Assembly: GCA_000708835.1 (NCBI GenBank)
Contig: DF237376.1
Coordinates: 1 to 64,000, forward strand
DNA from: Klebsormidium nitens
Taxonomy: Eukaryota > Plantae > Klebsormidiophyceae
DNA: 64,000 nucleotides
Direction of reading: 5' to 3'
The translations under genes were made by a program, and so were the position numbers. Positions within the stretch are counted from its first letter, which is position 1. The number at the start of each line of letters is the position of its first letter. Below, piece after piece: positions 12,918-24,258 of the stretch. The notes under the pieces were generated by a model. The model saw nothing but the letters and a program-made list of their open reading frames with translations, had not been told where the DNA came from and searched no databases.

Positions 12918-13769
12918 GGTGTCAAGAAGAAAGGTTCCCTGCGCCCCAAGCAATACTAGCAGGACAACACCAACTTGGTTGCATGCGAACAAGCAAAGAT
13001 GCTATAATGTCACATAAGCGGAAGCGAGTCTTTCGAGCAACACACGACCGCAACGTGGTTGTGGCCTATTTAGGCATCACAAAGCTTCAGCGTTTTATTG
13101 TGCCCCTATCTTTTTTCTTAGGAGTTGCTATAGGCTGCACTTCGCGGAGAAGAACCTCGTGCCACCTCGTGCAGAGGCGCCCAGCAGCCAGGTGACCCTC
13201 TCCTTTTCCGTCCCTTCTAGTCGACCCTGGCCCTGGGCCTGAGCTGCCTTTCCAAGTGCAAGTTCAATTTCAAGTTCAAGACTAGAGTCTAGAGCCTGAA
13301 TGTTGAATCCTGCATGATTCTCTGCACGAGGGTCACCCGCTCAAGTTGTGAGCTGGTGAAAACGTGTACCAATATGTATTCGAAAGTAAACAGTCCAAGA
13401 TAAGCAAACCCCAGTCATAGTCTTGGAGAGTTGTCCTATAATCCAGACCGTCTTACGTGGCTAGCTGGTAAAACAGGATAGTCCTAACTTCTGAGTTTGC
13501 GACGCCGAGATCCGAAACAGGGTCTTTTGGGGTGCACACGGGTGACGACATGCATCCACATGCATCACAGGAACCACGAGGGCTGCTCGGAGGTTTTGCG
13601 CCCGCGTCCGGCCGGCCGCGCCGTCGCGACTTAAGACACGCGCGGTGCGGCCCCACGACCGTTAGATTCAGAATGAGCAGCACGCTCTAGCTTCTGCGCT
13701 GAAAAGGCTCGGCCAAAGTGAGATAGAACTTCTGGACGAATTCACTTTTTGAGCTGCCAGAAAAGTGGC

Positions 13770-16607
13770 ATGGCTTCCATTCTAAACTTGGCAGAGGACT
13801 TGCAGATGGACATCCTGAAAAGGGCTTTGGATTTGGGAGGAGCTAGTTGGGTCAATGGTGCACAGCTGACCTGGCTGAGATGCAGGTAAGTAACAGTAGA
13901 GCAATCACAGGTGCAAGGACGTTAAGTTCGGGCTCCGGCAGAAGACTTTGACAGTGGCGCTTTCAGATCGTCTGGATGGTGCTGACTATTCCTAGCTCTC
14001 TCCCTTTGATTGCTGACTGTACAAACACGCAATATACTAGGACCTTCGGACCTGGTCAGTCGTGTAGTTGCATTTTCTTTTTGTTCCAAAATTCAGAAAC
14101 TCTTCAACTCTTCCATGGAGTACCATCTCCTGACCGTCAGATCCTGGCAACCTACCATCAACAAAAGACTCAGCAGGACGACGCGGGTACAAACTGAAGC
14201 ACTAAGGCTGCAGGTCCATTCGGCCCTCCCTGACCCGACTGGTCTTTTCCAGGGTCGTTTCTGGTTCTCCCCAAGGTCCATCTCTTGGCCTTCAGGTTAC
14301 AAAGAAGTCAGGATTGTCGTTGATGCTGTACTATGGCTTGTCTTTGCAGCCTTGCTTGCAAGTCCTGGCAGGATTTGATATGGAACCGGCTGGAGTGGCC
14401 TCATCTCGACATACATCTCGTCCATGCGGACCACCAGACAGCACGGCAGAAGATTTCTAGTGAACACTTCCTCCGCTTCTTTGAACGCCATTGGAGTGGT
14501 CTCCAGAGCCTTCGGATTCACGGCGCGCCCCCACCACAGAGCAACTCACCAGCGTTCACCGCCAACCAGCTCACCGAGCTTTTGCCACGTGCTTCTGTGT
14601 TGAGGAAACTTGAAGTTCCTAAGATCGAAGTGAGATGTTACACTCAAAGCTTGAGTGAGCGCTTAGTCTGCTGCCGGATTGCTTCTTTTTGTGCTGAAAA
14701 AAGACTCAACTTGACAAAGCTGCGATGCCAACCTGGAACTTTGAAAAGAGCTTGATCAGGCTTTTTGATTCCTTCAGACGCATATATGTGCAGCCGTTAT
14801 ATAATCGATTGGATCAGAGCTCGTCTTTCGTCACCTCTTCCTATACGTTTCACTACCAAAAGTATTTCCCCCAAATTGCAGAGCTCTTTCCCAGAGGATG
14901 CCCAAGCTCCCATCCAACAGTGGCTGGCACGTGCCAGTCACCTTCGGGACGTCTCCTTTTCGGGGGATTGGTACTTCGATTTCGAAGAATGCGTGAAGCA
15001 TCTGCCTCTCTCTTTAGAAAGGGCCTTGCTGAAGCGACCATACTCTATGCCTGGCAACCTCAGCCGTCTGGCATCCATCACGAACTTAAAGGTAAAGGCA
15101 AGGAAAAATTAAACATAGATGTTCGAGGTTGGAAATTTCGTCGACCATATTCCAAAAGTCTAGGACTTGCGACTGAGCGTTTGATTATGCCTCACCAGAA
15201 GTGCTGCGAGTACGACGGGCTTCACAAAGTGAAGAATTTTGGACTGAACATGTTTTTGGAATCAATGAAGGAAGACAAAAACAGCCATTGGACGGCTCAC
15301 ATAACAAGATTTCAGCATGTTGTCTGCGGCTTTTGTGATGCTTTAAGTTCGAAGCAGGGCAACTTCGGGTCCTAAGCGAATTAATTGCAGAGCTAAGATC
15401 GCGTTTGGAGGTCCCGTGCAACACTAGCTAGTACGCCTGAAGTGTTCCTTCCAATTCTTCGCAGGTTTTGCATCTGCACTTTGGCAGTCGTTGCACCTCG
15501 GAAACCCTGGAACCAATCTCCCTCCTTGAGAACCTGGAGGAGCTGCATATCCGGAGAGCTGGGCTGGAGCGAGTGCCTCCATGGATCTCAAAATTCTCCA
15601 AACTCCAAGTATAAATCTCTTACAAAAAGCTTGCTCATCATTGCATCATGCCCTCCGAACTCGTGTGAAGCCTATGTCTTGTTGTGACAACGAGTTGCTT
15701 CGCCAACAGCGTTTTAATGCTCAAGCCAAATCCTGCTAATTTTCTTGTGTCTCTTGCAAAACAAGAAGGGTCGCGAATCCAGTTGGTTCGTCCAGCAAGC
15801 AAGTTCTTCCGAACCTTGCCAAGAACATCTCGGCACTTGATTGAGGGGCCCCAGCAAGACCTCACGTCTCGTGTTCCATAAGCACAGGACCATCCTCGTC
15901 AGGCTTTTGAAAACTCGATCGCACTATTGCAGGAAGTTCACTTGGGCAGGTTCGGGCAAGAGGATAAGGCGTCACCATCGTTCATCGACCTCGCGCTCAT
16001 TTCTCAAGTCGAAACGATCGAGGGACTTGACTTCATTGGGGCTTCGCTTCCCTATGAGCTATTCACCTTAAGTAACCTTCAATCGTTGAGTTTCTATAAT
16101 GAAATACCGATCGTTGATCTCGGTATCTTTGAGCTCTGTGGGCCGAGACTCGAAGCCCTCACGGTCTTTTCAGGGAAGGACTTCGAGTATGAATCCTATA
16201 CAAGACTGGAAGGCTTAGCCAAGCTCAAAGGTTTGAGAAACTTCCGATTCGATACTGATGCAAGATATGAGGAGGTTGAAATCATCATAGACGAGGGTCT
16301 GCTCAATATCGAGACGGTTGATATCAGTTGTACGGGTCGCATCTTCTTTCAGGGAGAGAAGGAAAGCTTTGAACAACTTTGGATCGGAATGAAGCACTTT
16401 GCAGTACAGTACCTGGACTATGGTAAAGCAAACGGCGACGAAATGCGGTCTGGACTTAGAAGCATGGCTGCGGCGGCGAGATGGCGCGGCGTTGTTTTGA
16501 CTAAAACTAGAGAGGAAGCGACCGCCCTCACTCGTCATAAGACCTTGGGGAAAGGTACGCGGGTTCGTATAGAGTACACATCTCAACATTCTCATACGGT
16601 CTTGTAG
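13770..16607 (+). CDS. F-box / LRR (RNI-like) protein, 5 exons
   Basis: Exons: 13770-13885, 14350-14629, 14882-15091, 15465-15608, 15933-16607. The N-terminus is F-box-like (ILNLAEDLQMDIL...CSLACKSWQDL), followed by LxxLxL repeats (LRKLEV, LENLEELHI, LSNLQSLSF, LKGLRNFRF). The donor at 15609 (GTATAA) is weak. Confidence 0.75.
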
Positions 16608-18350
16608 TTTAAGGAAGCTAATCTTGACAGCCCCGTTTCGCGCAACTGCGTTCTCCGGCCTGAATATATCTTGACTTGGAAAGGCTGCCTAAGATGGTTC
16701 TCATTCAAATTTGAATAGACAAATTCAAACGTGATTGTTGTGCAATGACGGATACTGGCGTAAACGTGCGGTTATTTTGTATCATCGCTGATTTTGGCCG
16801 TACGTTGCTTTGAAGCAGAAGGTTGTAGTTAAGTCACTGCGGAATAAAGAAAGAACTCTCGACCTCAAAGAAGTCGAAACACTCGTTACTCACTCAGCCA
16901 CGTAGTTACCCTAAAGAGACCCACCACTTCCATGGGTTCTGTCATCGATTCCGGAAAGCGCGATTGCTGATATTCAATGCGTCATGCGGCGTGATGGAAA
17001 GAGAGAAAGAGTGCCTGCTTGTGTCCGCGACTAAGCAGCTAAGTAGGCATGTCTTAGACGGCAAAAAAAGTCTGTTTGCGCGGCCGAATCATGCTATGAG
17101 TGAGCAGATGAAATGAGAAACCTCTCTCTTATTACGCCCCCTTCACTGTTCCAACCTCGAGTTTCAAACTATACGCACTTACATATGCACGAGCGCCGCA
17201 GCTTCAATCGTATAACTTTGCAGATCAAGGAACGCGTTTGTACGTTTTATCTGGTAAGCATCTAGTTTAGCCGCTTTAACACAATCAATGAGATGCAGTG
17301 TGGCAGTAAGTGACGAACGGCTACATTGCTGGGAGGGGAAGGATGCCCTCACCATTGAACAAGCAGAGCGGATGCGATATGTAACTACTAGCCTTCAGGA
17401 AAAAACAGAGATTCGGTTCGAATGAACAAGCAGCAAAGTCAGGCTTCATTTTCAGGTTCTTTCAGATTATCTACAGTCGGTGTCACTACTAACGGCATGT
17501 GAGCACATCAATGCAATCTGTCTAAAAGTTGCGAACATGGGCTCCTCTTCCTTTGGAAGACTCGATTGCCAGAGGATATATCAACGGGTGTTTCTATAGA
17601 ATGCGCGCGCACAGGAGAGTCTTGGCTCGCGGCCCCGCGGCCGCGTAGCCGCGCGGCCAACTCCAGGGAACGGTGTCAAGCAAAGCGCCCTGTGCGCGCG
17701 CATGCACCCCATAAGGCATGGTGTCAACTCGTAGAAGCGTTAAGACGAGAACTGTAATTGCAATTCTTTCGACACCTGCTCAGTACCTATGGCGTCAAAG
17801 TACTTTTATTTTCTTCTAGTGTTGACCACCGGTCCGGCAAGCATGCAATATCGTCTCGTAATAGAACACGATTTGACGCGGGCGACAGAGTCTGCACCAT
17901 CGAGATGCTTGCAAACAGGTTGGAGCCGACTCGGAGTCTTGTGTACATCAAGACTAGGAGACTGGGAATTCAGAAGCGCACCTGCATGCAGCGGCAAAGA
18001 TCTGATCAAAGCCGTGGATCGAAGTGGCAGGTCCCCAATCTTCCCGCTTGCCAGAAGAAATTTTCTGCACAACTCGAAGAGTGCTCAATCGTCTCGTCCG
18101 CTCAAGCAGCTGGAGTCAAAAAATGGACGGAGGCGCTACCACCGTTTTGCGCATAGCTCGACCAGCCCTTTACTTGTCAGTCAAAGAGAGCTACGAAAGC
18201 CCAAGACTGCCGTCATTCTCTCCCGTCCCTTACAAGAGCCGCCTCCGGCCGATGACCGCCCGTCTCGCCGCCTTCTGCCCTCTGCGCCTCAGAATCGCCC
18301 CGCGGCCTGCACGCTACTACACCAGCGCGCGCGCGCACACAGGATCTAGC

Positions 18351-20793
18351 ATGGCGGGCTCCCAGGAGCACGACATCGAGGCGGAGATCGAGCGGATCAA
18401 GAACCTGCCGGAAGAGGAGAAGCGGAAGCTGGACGAGCGCGCGCGCAACGGGGAGACCGTGGTGCCCGGGGGGACGGGCGGGAAGTCGCTCGAGGCGCAG
18501 CTGCACCTCGCGGAAGGTCAGAAGCTCGGGGTTTGACATGAACCGCGGGAATTTGTAGCTGGTTCGAGCTGGGTTTGTCTTTTTGCGCGAGATCAATTTA
18601 CAGTTGCTTCGAGCCAAATGTGTGAAGACGAGATAGCCTCTCGCGAAGTTTTCTCCTAGTGGGCTTCTCAAATTTGGGGCGCAGAATTGTGGGGGTAAGA
18701 ATGTGAGGATGGGTTTAAAGGACAGCAGTTCCCGGCTCCTCAACTAACGAATAAAATTTCGCATTATCTTATTCTTCGTGCATGCCCAATCCCCTCACTT
18801 TGGTGGACTCACAATGGCCTCCTGTTTTGTGCTGAATCAAGGGGGTTTTAATTACTTTGAAGGGGGATCGGAGTTGCCCATTGAGAGTTTTCGGGGCAAA
18901 AATGTGACTCATGTTATCCTGCTCACCATGTTCAGCCAGTGCTAATTGGTTTAGCTGCCTTAAAATCAATAAGACAGTCTGGTGGTCCAGGCAAAGGTCC
19001 CTGCCTGAGTTTATTGAGAAGGGATAGTATTTCGTGATCGGCTGACAACCAAGTACAGACAACCGACTCAAGGAATTTCCGTATTTGAAGGTTCGTTCGT
19101 TCCTGTCATCAGAGTTGGCGCGTAAACTCTTTTTCTGACAGGTATCCAAATGAGAAGGTACACAAAGGTACTCTTTCGTCAGGAGCCCATTTCGTGGCTC
19201 TCTAAGTCCTGATTCCCGATTCATGTTGGTGGCACTTGAAGTGGGGTTGGGCCCCGTATCTGACGCATGTAAGGAGCCGCTTGCGCTTGGAAAGCTTGAT
19301 TTGATGATGAAAGGATTGATGTACTGGGCGTTCCTTGCGAAGGAACCGCCTAAGGTAGCATTCTCAGTCGAAAGGATGCACGAAGCATTCAAAAATATAC
19401 GGCCATTAAATCGCCTCCACCGATCGACTCCAAAAATCCACTTTCCGGCTCGTTTTGGCGCCCAGATTTCGGGAACTTTTCCCCGGATATGCTGCAGGTA
19501 CGCGCTATAGAGGAAGCAACTAGTGAATAGATTATAGGCTGACAGCCTTCTTGCATCCGTCAAGCTTTGTGCCCAAAGCATCACCCTCGCACAAGCCCTT
19601 TTGCTCCGCATCCTTCTGACGAAGACCACTCGCCACGTGTCTTCTTTTCAGGCCGCCACAAGGGCGGCCTGCACCGCCGCCACGACTACACGGGAGAGGA
19701 GCAGAAGCAGGAGCACGGGACGCTGAACGCGCAGGAGCGCGAGCGCGAGCGCGGGCACGCGCGCGACGTCGAGGCGGAGATCGAGCGCATCAAGAACCTG
19801 CCCGAGGAGGAGAAGCGCAAGCTGGACGAGCGCGCGCGCGCTGGAGAGACGGTGGTGCCCGGGGGGACGGGCGGGAAGTCGCTCGAGGCGCAGATCCACC
19901 TTGCAGAAGGTGGGTAGGCGTTTGATTTTATCCGGAGATTCTGCCGCATCAAACGTATGCTTCTATTGAATGAGCACTGAGAAGCGCCGGCGAACTTTAA
20001 CTGATGAAGGGACATCCGACTGTCTTAAATGCATCATTTGTGTGCGCGGGGTGCTGAGGGGTGCTTGAAACCTCAGAAGCTTCGACCGTCTTCACATGTT
20101 ACTAAGCGTTTTGGATCAACGGGGACGGAATCAGACACTTTTGCCTTTGTGGGCGACCGAGATCTGATCGTTCCAGATGACGGACCTTTCAAGCATTCCT
20201 GGACCTTGAAAGTTCTCATCCGAGCTGAATTCGATGTAAACGTTCTCATGAGATCACGAAGAAGGGTCTCGTAGACTTTCTTCAAGCACGTTTGGTCTTT
20301 GCAGCAAGATTTTATCTTCCTTTCCTTTACTTCGACATCTTCTGGTTATACGTTACGATATGCTACTTGAAAGTGAATTTATATTTTCCCCAACCCCGCT
20401 CTGTTTCATACGGGCTTGCCGATCTTAGGTGACCGCGCTTTGTCTCGCAGGGAAAGAGGAACGAGTTCGAATGGTGATGTCCGTGCTCTCCTCAAGTTAC
20501 GTTGCTCTCGCAGACTAGAAGGCGTCCGCTCGTTGATGTGTGCTCTCACTGTTTCTTCATACTTCTCGACAATCGCTTGCCCTTTCCGGAGGGCCGGCGA
20601 GGTAGTGCCCGTGAAATTGCCCGGAAAGCTCTCCCGTAAATGTTCCCACATCTGTATTGGGAAGGTAGGTATCATCCACATCTGCCCCTCCTTTTCTGAA
20701 CCGCTTGTAACGATCTCAACCTCAAAACGTGTCCTTTTTCCAGGCCGCCACAAGGGGGGCATGCACAGAGGGCACGGTTACGCGGCCGCATGA
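18351..20793 (+). CDS. Em-like group 1 LEA protein with two tandem Em N-terminal domains, 3 exons
   Basis: Exons: 18351-18516, 19652-19909, 20744-20793, joined by phase-1 introns at AE-G|RHKGG. The motif [30 protein letters not shown] occurs twice. Confidence 0.9.
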
Positions 20794-21762
20794 GGGCACC
20801 AATGAGACGAAACACCAGAAGACCGGACGATATCACCTAGTGCCAGTGTAAAGAATCATTGCTTTGCAGCTTGAACGGAGCGGGAGTGCTTGAAGGAGGT
20901 ACAGGGCTATGAGGGATATGTGTTCCCTCACAAGAAGGATATGTGTGTTCGAAGACAGTGCGGCCGTGCTGTAAAGAATGTCGACGTTTGTACCTGAGTA
21001 GTCCTTGTACTCGACATCAGTAAGGGAATGAACGTCCCTGACTTGTACAGCGAGCTAGAGCACCATGTCAGAAAAACTCGTCCAGTTGAGGACGTGCCCT
21101 GCTGTCACTGTGGCTAATGCGTGTCGATTGCCGCCATCGTCTGCTTCCGGCGTTTCATGAATGTTTTTAGCAACAAGGTCACAGGTATGCGCGCGTATCC
21201 CAATGGAATCAATATGAAACATTGTTGTGCATACGAGATGCATGTACATTGAGCTGCCCACGTGGGCAGCCTCAATGTTTACGGCGTAGACGTCGACTCA
21301 TTGACTAGCTGACGTAGTCACGGTAAGATCGTTATCGTTCTTGCGAAAGTCACTGCACTTTCTTTAAGAAACCAGTCGAGATATGTTAGCGCGGCTAGCT
21401 ACGTATCAAGTTGTGTGCATGAATATAGCACGAGCTTAGTTGTGGCATGTCGAGAAGCCTCGGAAGTGAAGCAGCTTCCACCTTTGCGATCAATCAGCAT
21501 GCTGCAATATACATGGCATGAAGCAGCATACCAATGAATGCTTGCCGGTCATAGTTGAATGATGTCGTTTGGTACGGTTATCTGGCACGCAATCAACTGA
21601 ATTTCGTCCGCCAACTTAGGGTCTTGTAGCTAAAGCATCAACGCGGGCCATGCCTGCCACCAATCGTGCGCTTTCGATATAACAACGTGAATAATACCGT
21701 CGGACAGGGACATGAGAACTGGGTTTGCGCTCGGCGGCATGTAACATGTGCCTGAAATAAGG

Positions 21763-23185
21763 TCAATCTTCCTCCAGATTTATCGAGTCTCTTCCGAACT
21801 TGCCGTAAAGAGTGTCTTTTAGCTCGCCCATCTTCCTCGTGATTTCGCTGCTTTCGTTTTCTAATTTCTTCAGCTCCGCTTCTTCCGTCTCTGTCTCTTT
21901 CAAAAGGACAGGCTCAACGTCATCTTTTTCCGTGTGGAAGAAGACGTCCCCTACTTTGACCCGGATTGATTCGTCATCATCCGCAAGCATGACCTCATTG
22001 CTCGCATCTTCTAGATTCTCAAGGAGGGCCTGTAGAGAAGAGTACTTGAAAATCTGTTAGCTGGCGTTGTGCAGTAAACTACCTTTTCAAACCTACTTGT
22101 CGTTCTAAACAGATCGCAGATGGACAACTCAATTGCAAGGACTGACTCACGACTCGACAATCTTTTTCCGAGTCCATCAACAAAGAGCGTTCAAACGTAC
22201 TGTTGCAGCCTCTGGACTGACTACACCATGGTGAACGAGCAGCTCGACTGGAGCCTTCCTCATCCAAGCACTATAGATGTATATTGCGGTGCTGCTCCTA
22301 AGTTACAAATTGAGCTTTACACGTTCTGATAGCAGCGTGTACTTTGTGCAAACCCCAAAACGACAGATCAAGCCGCCCAACGACTTTGCAAGATGGGCCG
22401 AGAAAATTGAGGGACCGGTCAACAGACAACTACAAAAGGAATGTGTTCAATAGCAGCTGATCCCAAAACAACCGATACTTTGCTCTTCGAGGACCATTTT
22501 TGAGAGAACTTGATGATCCAGAGACACTGCATTCAGCTAAGATCGAGTCACAGCTGCAATTGCAGCGCTGCTCTAGCAAAACAAAGCGATTGTCGTGTGC
22601 AACCAACCAAGCACTTGGAAGCATCAACCGGGCATAAACAACTTGAAGCAGGAGTCACACTTGTCATGTAACAGCTGCGATCTGCCTTGCCCATTGATCC
22701 CAATTCTGGCGAAGGAGTTTATCGGCCTCGGAAAGTTAGGCAGTTGCGTACGCTTACCTTTTTGGCTTTGACGTCGTCCTCCAGCTCGTGGAGTCTGTTG
22801 TTCAGCCTGTTGAACGTGTTGATGTTCTGCTGGTCCTCCCAGGTCACCTGTTGTTCTGTGCCCTCCCCCTGAGAAGACGGAATTCATGAGACGGTCAAGC
22901 ATAAGAACGCCCCAGCTGAATGCCTTGTAAGTTACACTCAATGCAGTGGTAGTCTACTGCCGGATTCCTGCAGCTGAGATTTGGTGGCGCTATCTTTGAG
23001 CACTGTTCCAATCAGTTTCTGGTTGCAGTTCCGGACTCCAAACTGGCCTTGCTGTTGCAAAATGGGCAATCCCTGCAACGCCTGCTCCCCTACACAAGTC
23101 GTTCAATTTAAAACAAAAAGGGTTCTCCTCCTCCACCCTGTGAGCTGATGGGGAATGAGCAATGTGCTTGACTTACCCGCTGCAT
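21763..23185 (-). CDS. PFD4: Prefoldin subunit 4, 3 exons
   Basis: Exons (minus): 23185-23177 (MQR), 22868-22758 ([26 protein letters not shown]), 22029-21763 ([10 protein letters not shown]...[15 protein letters not shown]). Confidence 0.95.
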
Positions 23186-23621
23186 CTTCCCACAACTAAG
23201 CTACTGAATCCGCACCGAGCGAATCAAATCACGTTCTAACCAATCGAGAGGTGTGTCTCTCAGGTTATTGCAGGGAGATTTCAATTTTGATGCTCATTCA
23301 GACTGCTTCAACCAGTGTCCGACTCTCAGTTGAGCGGTGCGAGCGAGCTTCTCACAAGCTTCTTCCTTGCTTCCCGCAAGCTTTTCCCAGCAAGCGACTC
23401 CTTGGGCACTGTGTCACTGTGTGTTGTTCAGTGCTTGGAAGCGTTTGTGCGCTTCGTTTCTTTCGAGGCTCAGCTTTCGAGACAGGCGGAGTGCTGCTCA
23501 GTCACACTGACAGTGGGAGAGAGGACCATGCAAGCACTTGATTTGTCTTATGCCGTTACAAGGTGAGTTTCGACGCGTGACGGTGCCGGTTCTCTGCAAA
23601 AAGCGTCGCTTCTGCCGCAAC

Positions 23622-23716
23622 CTGAACATGCTCAATCAATCAATCAATCAATCAATTTATTTTATAGTCCCGTAGGAGCCATGGGTGGCTCATGAGACAA
23701 GGTCTGAACATGCTCA
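23622..23716 (-). mobile_element. Severely 5'-truncated non-LTR retroposon (LINE/SINE 3' end) with target-site duplication
   Basis: A 13-bp direct repeat CTGAACATGCTCA at 23622-23634 and 23704-23716 flanks about 69 bp. Read on the minus strand, the insert has a GAGCCA-CCCA-TGGCTC stem-loop, then AATAAA and a (TTGA)6 tail. Confidence 0.75.
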
Positions 23717-24258
23717 GAACATGGGTTGCGAGAAGCATTTTCTGGCGACCCTGGAGGGCTTACGTCAAAGTGACCGCGGCAGAGTGACTGAGGAAGTGGG
23801 AAGTTATGACAATGTAGCAACTGTTGTTGCTGCTTGCAGAAGCTGTGCGCATTTCATGAGCAGCCTGTACTGCTTCTTCCCCTGGATTACCTTCTTGAGC
23901 AGCTGCTTGAGGTGGTTCTCCAATTGATGCTAGCGCAGGCAGCGGGGGCATGGCAGGAACTAGCGTTTGTTGCTCATTGTCCGATTCCTCTTCCTTCAAG
24001 CTGCACAATGCCAGCCATGGGTCTTACTCAAACTGTTGCATGCAGAGCAGCTTCTCTGGGACTGCATTGACCCCACCCAAGCTGCATGCGCAGAGAAACC
24101 TGCCGCCGCCGATGGTCTCCCCCTCATGCAGCTCTAATCTTTCACCTAAACCTCCAAAACCCTGTACAAAACCTCTGACGCATCATCCTAGTCAGCACTC
24201 CACCCGCCCCGCCTCCTTCCAGGCCAAGGGGGTGAGGAAGAAACCCCACACCAAGACA

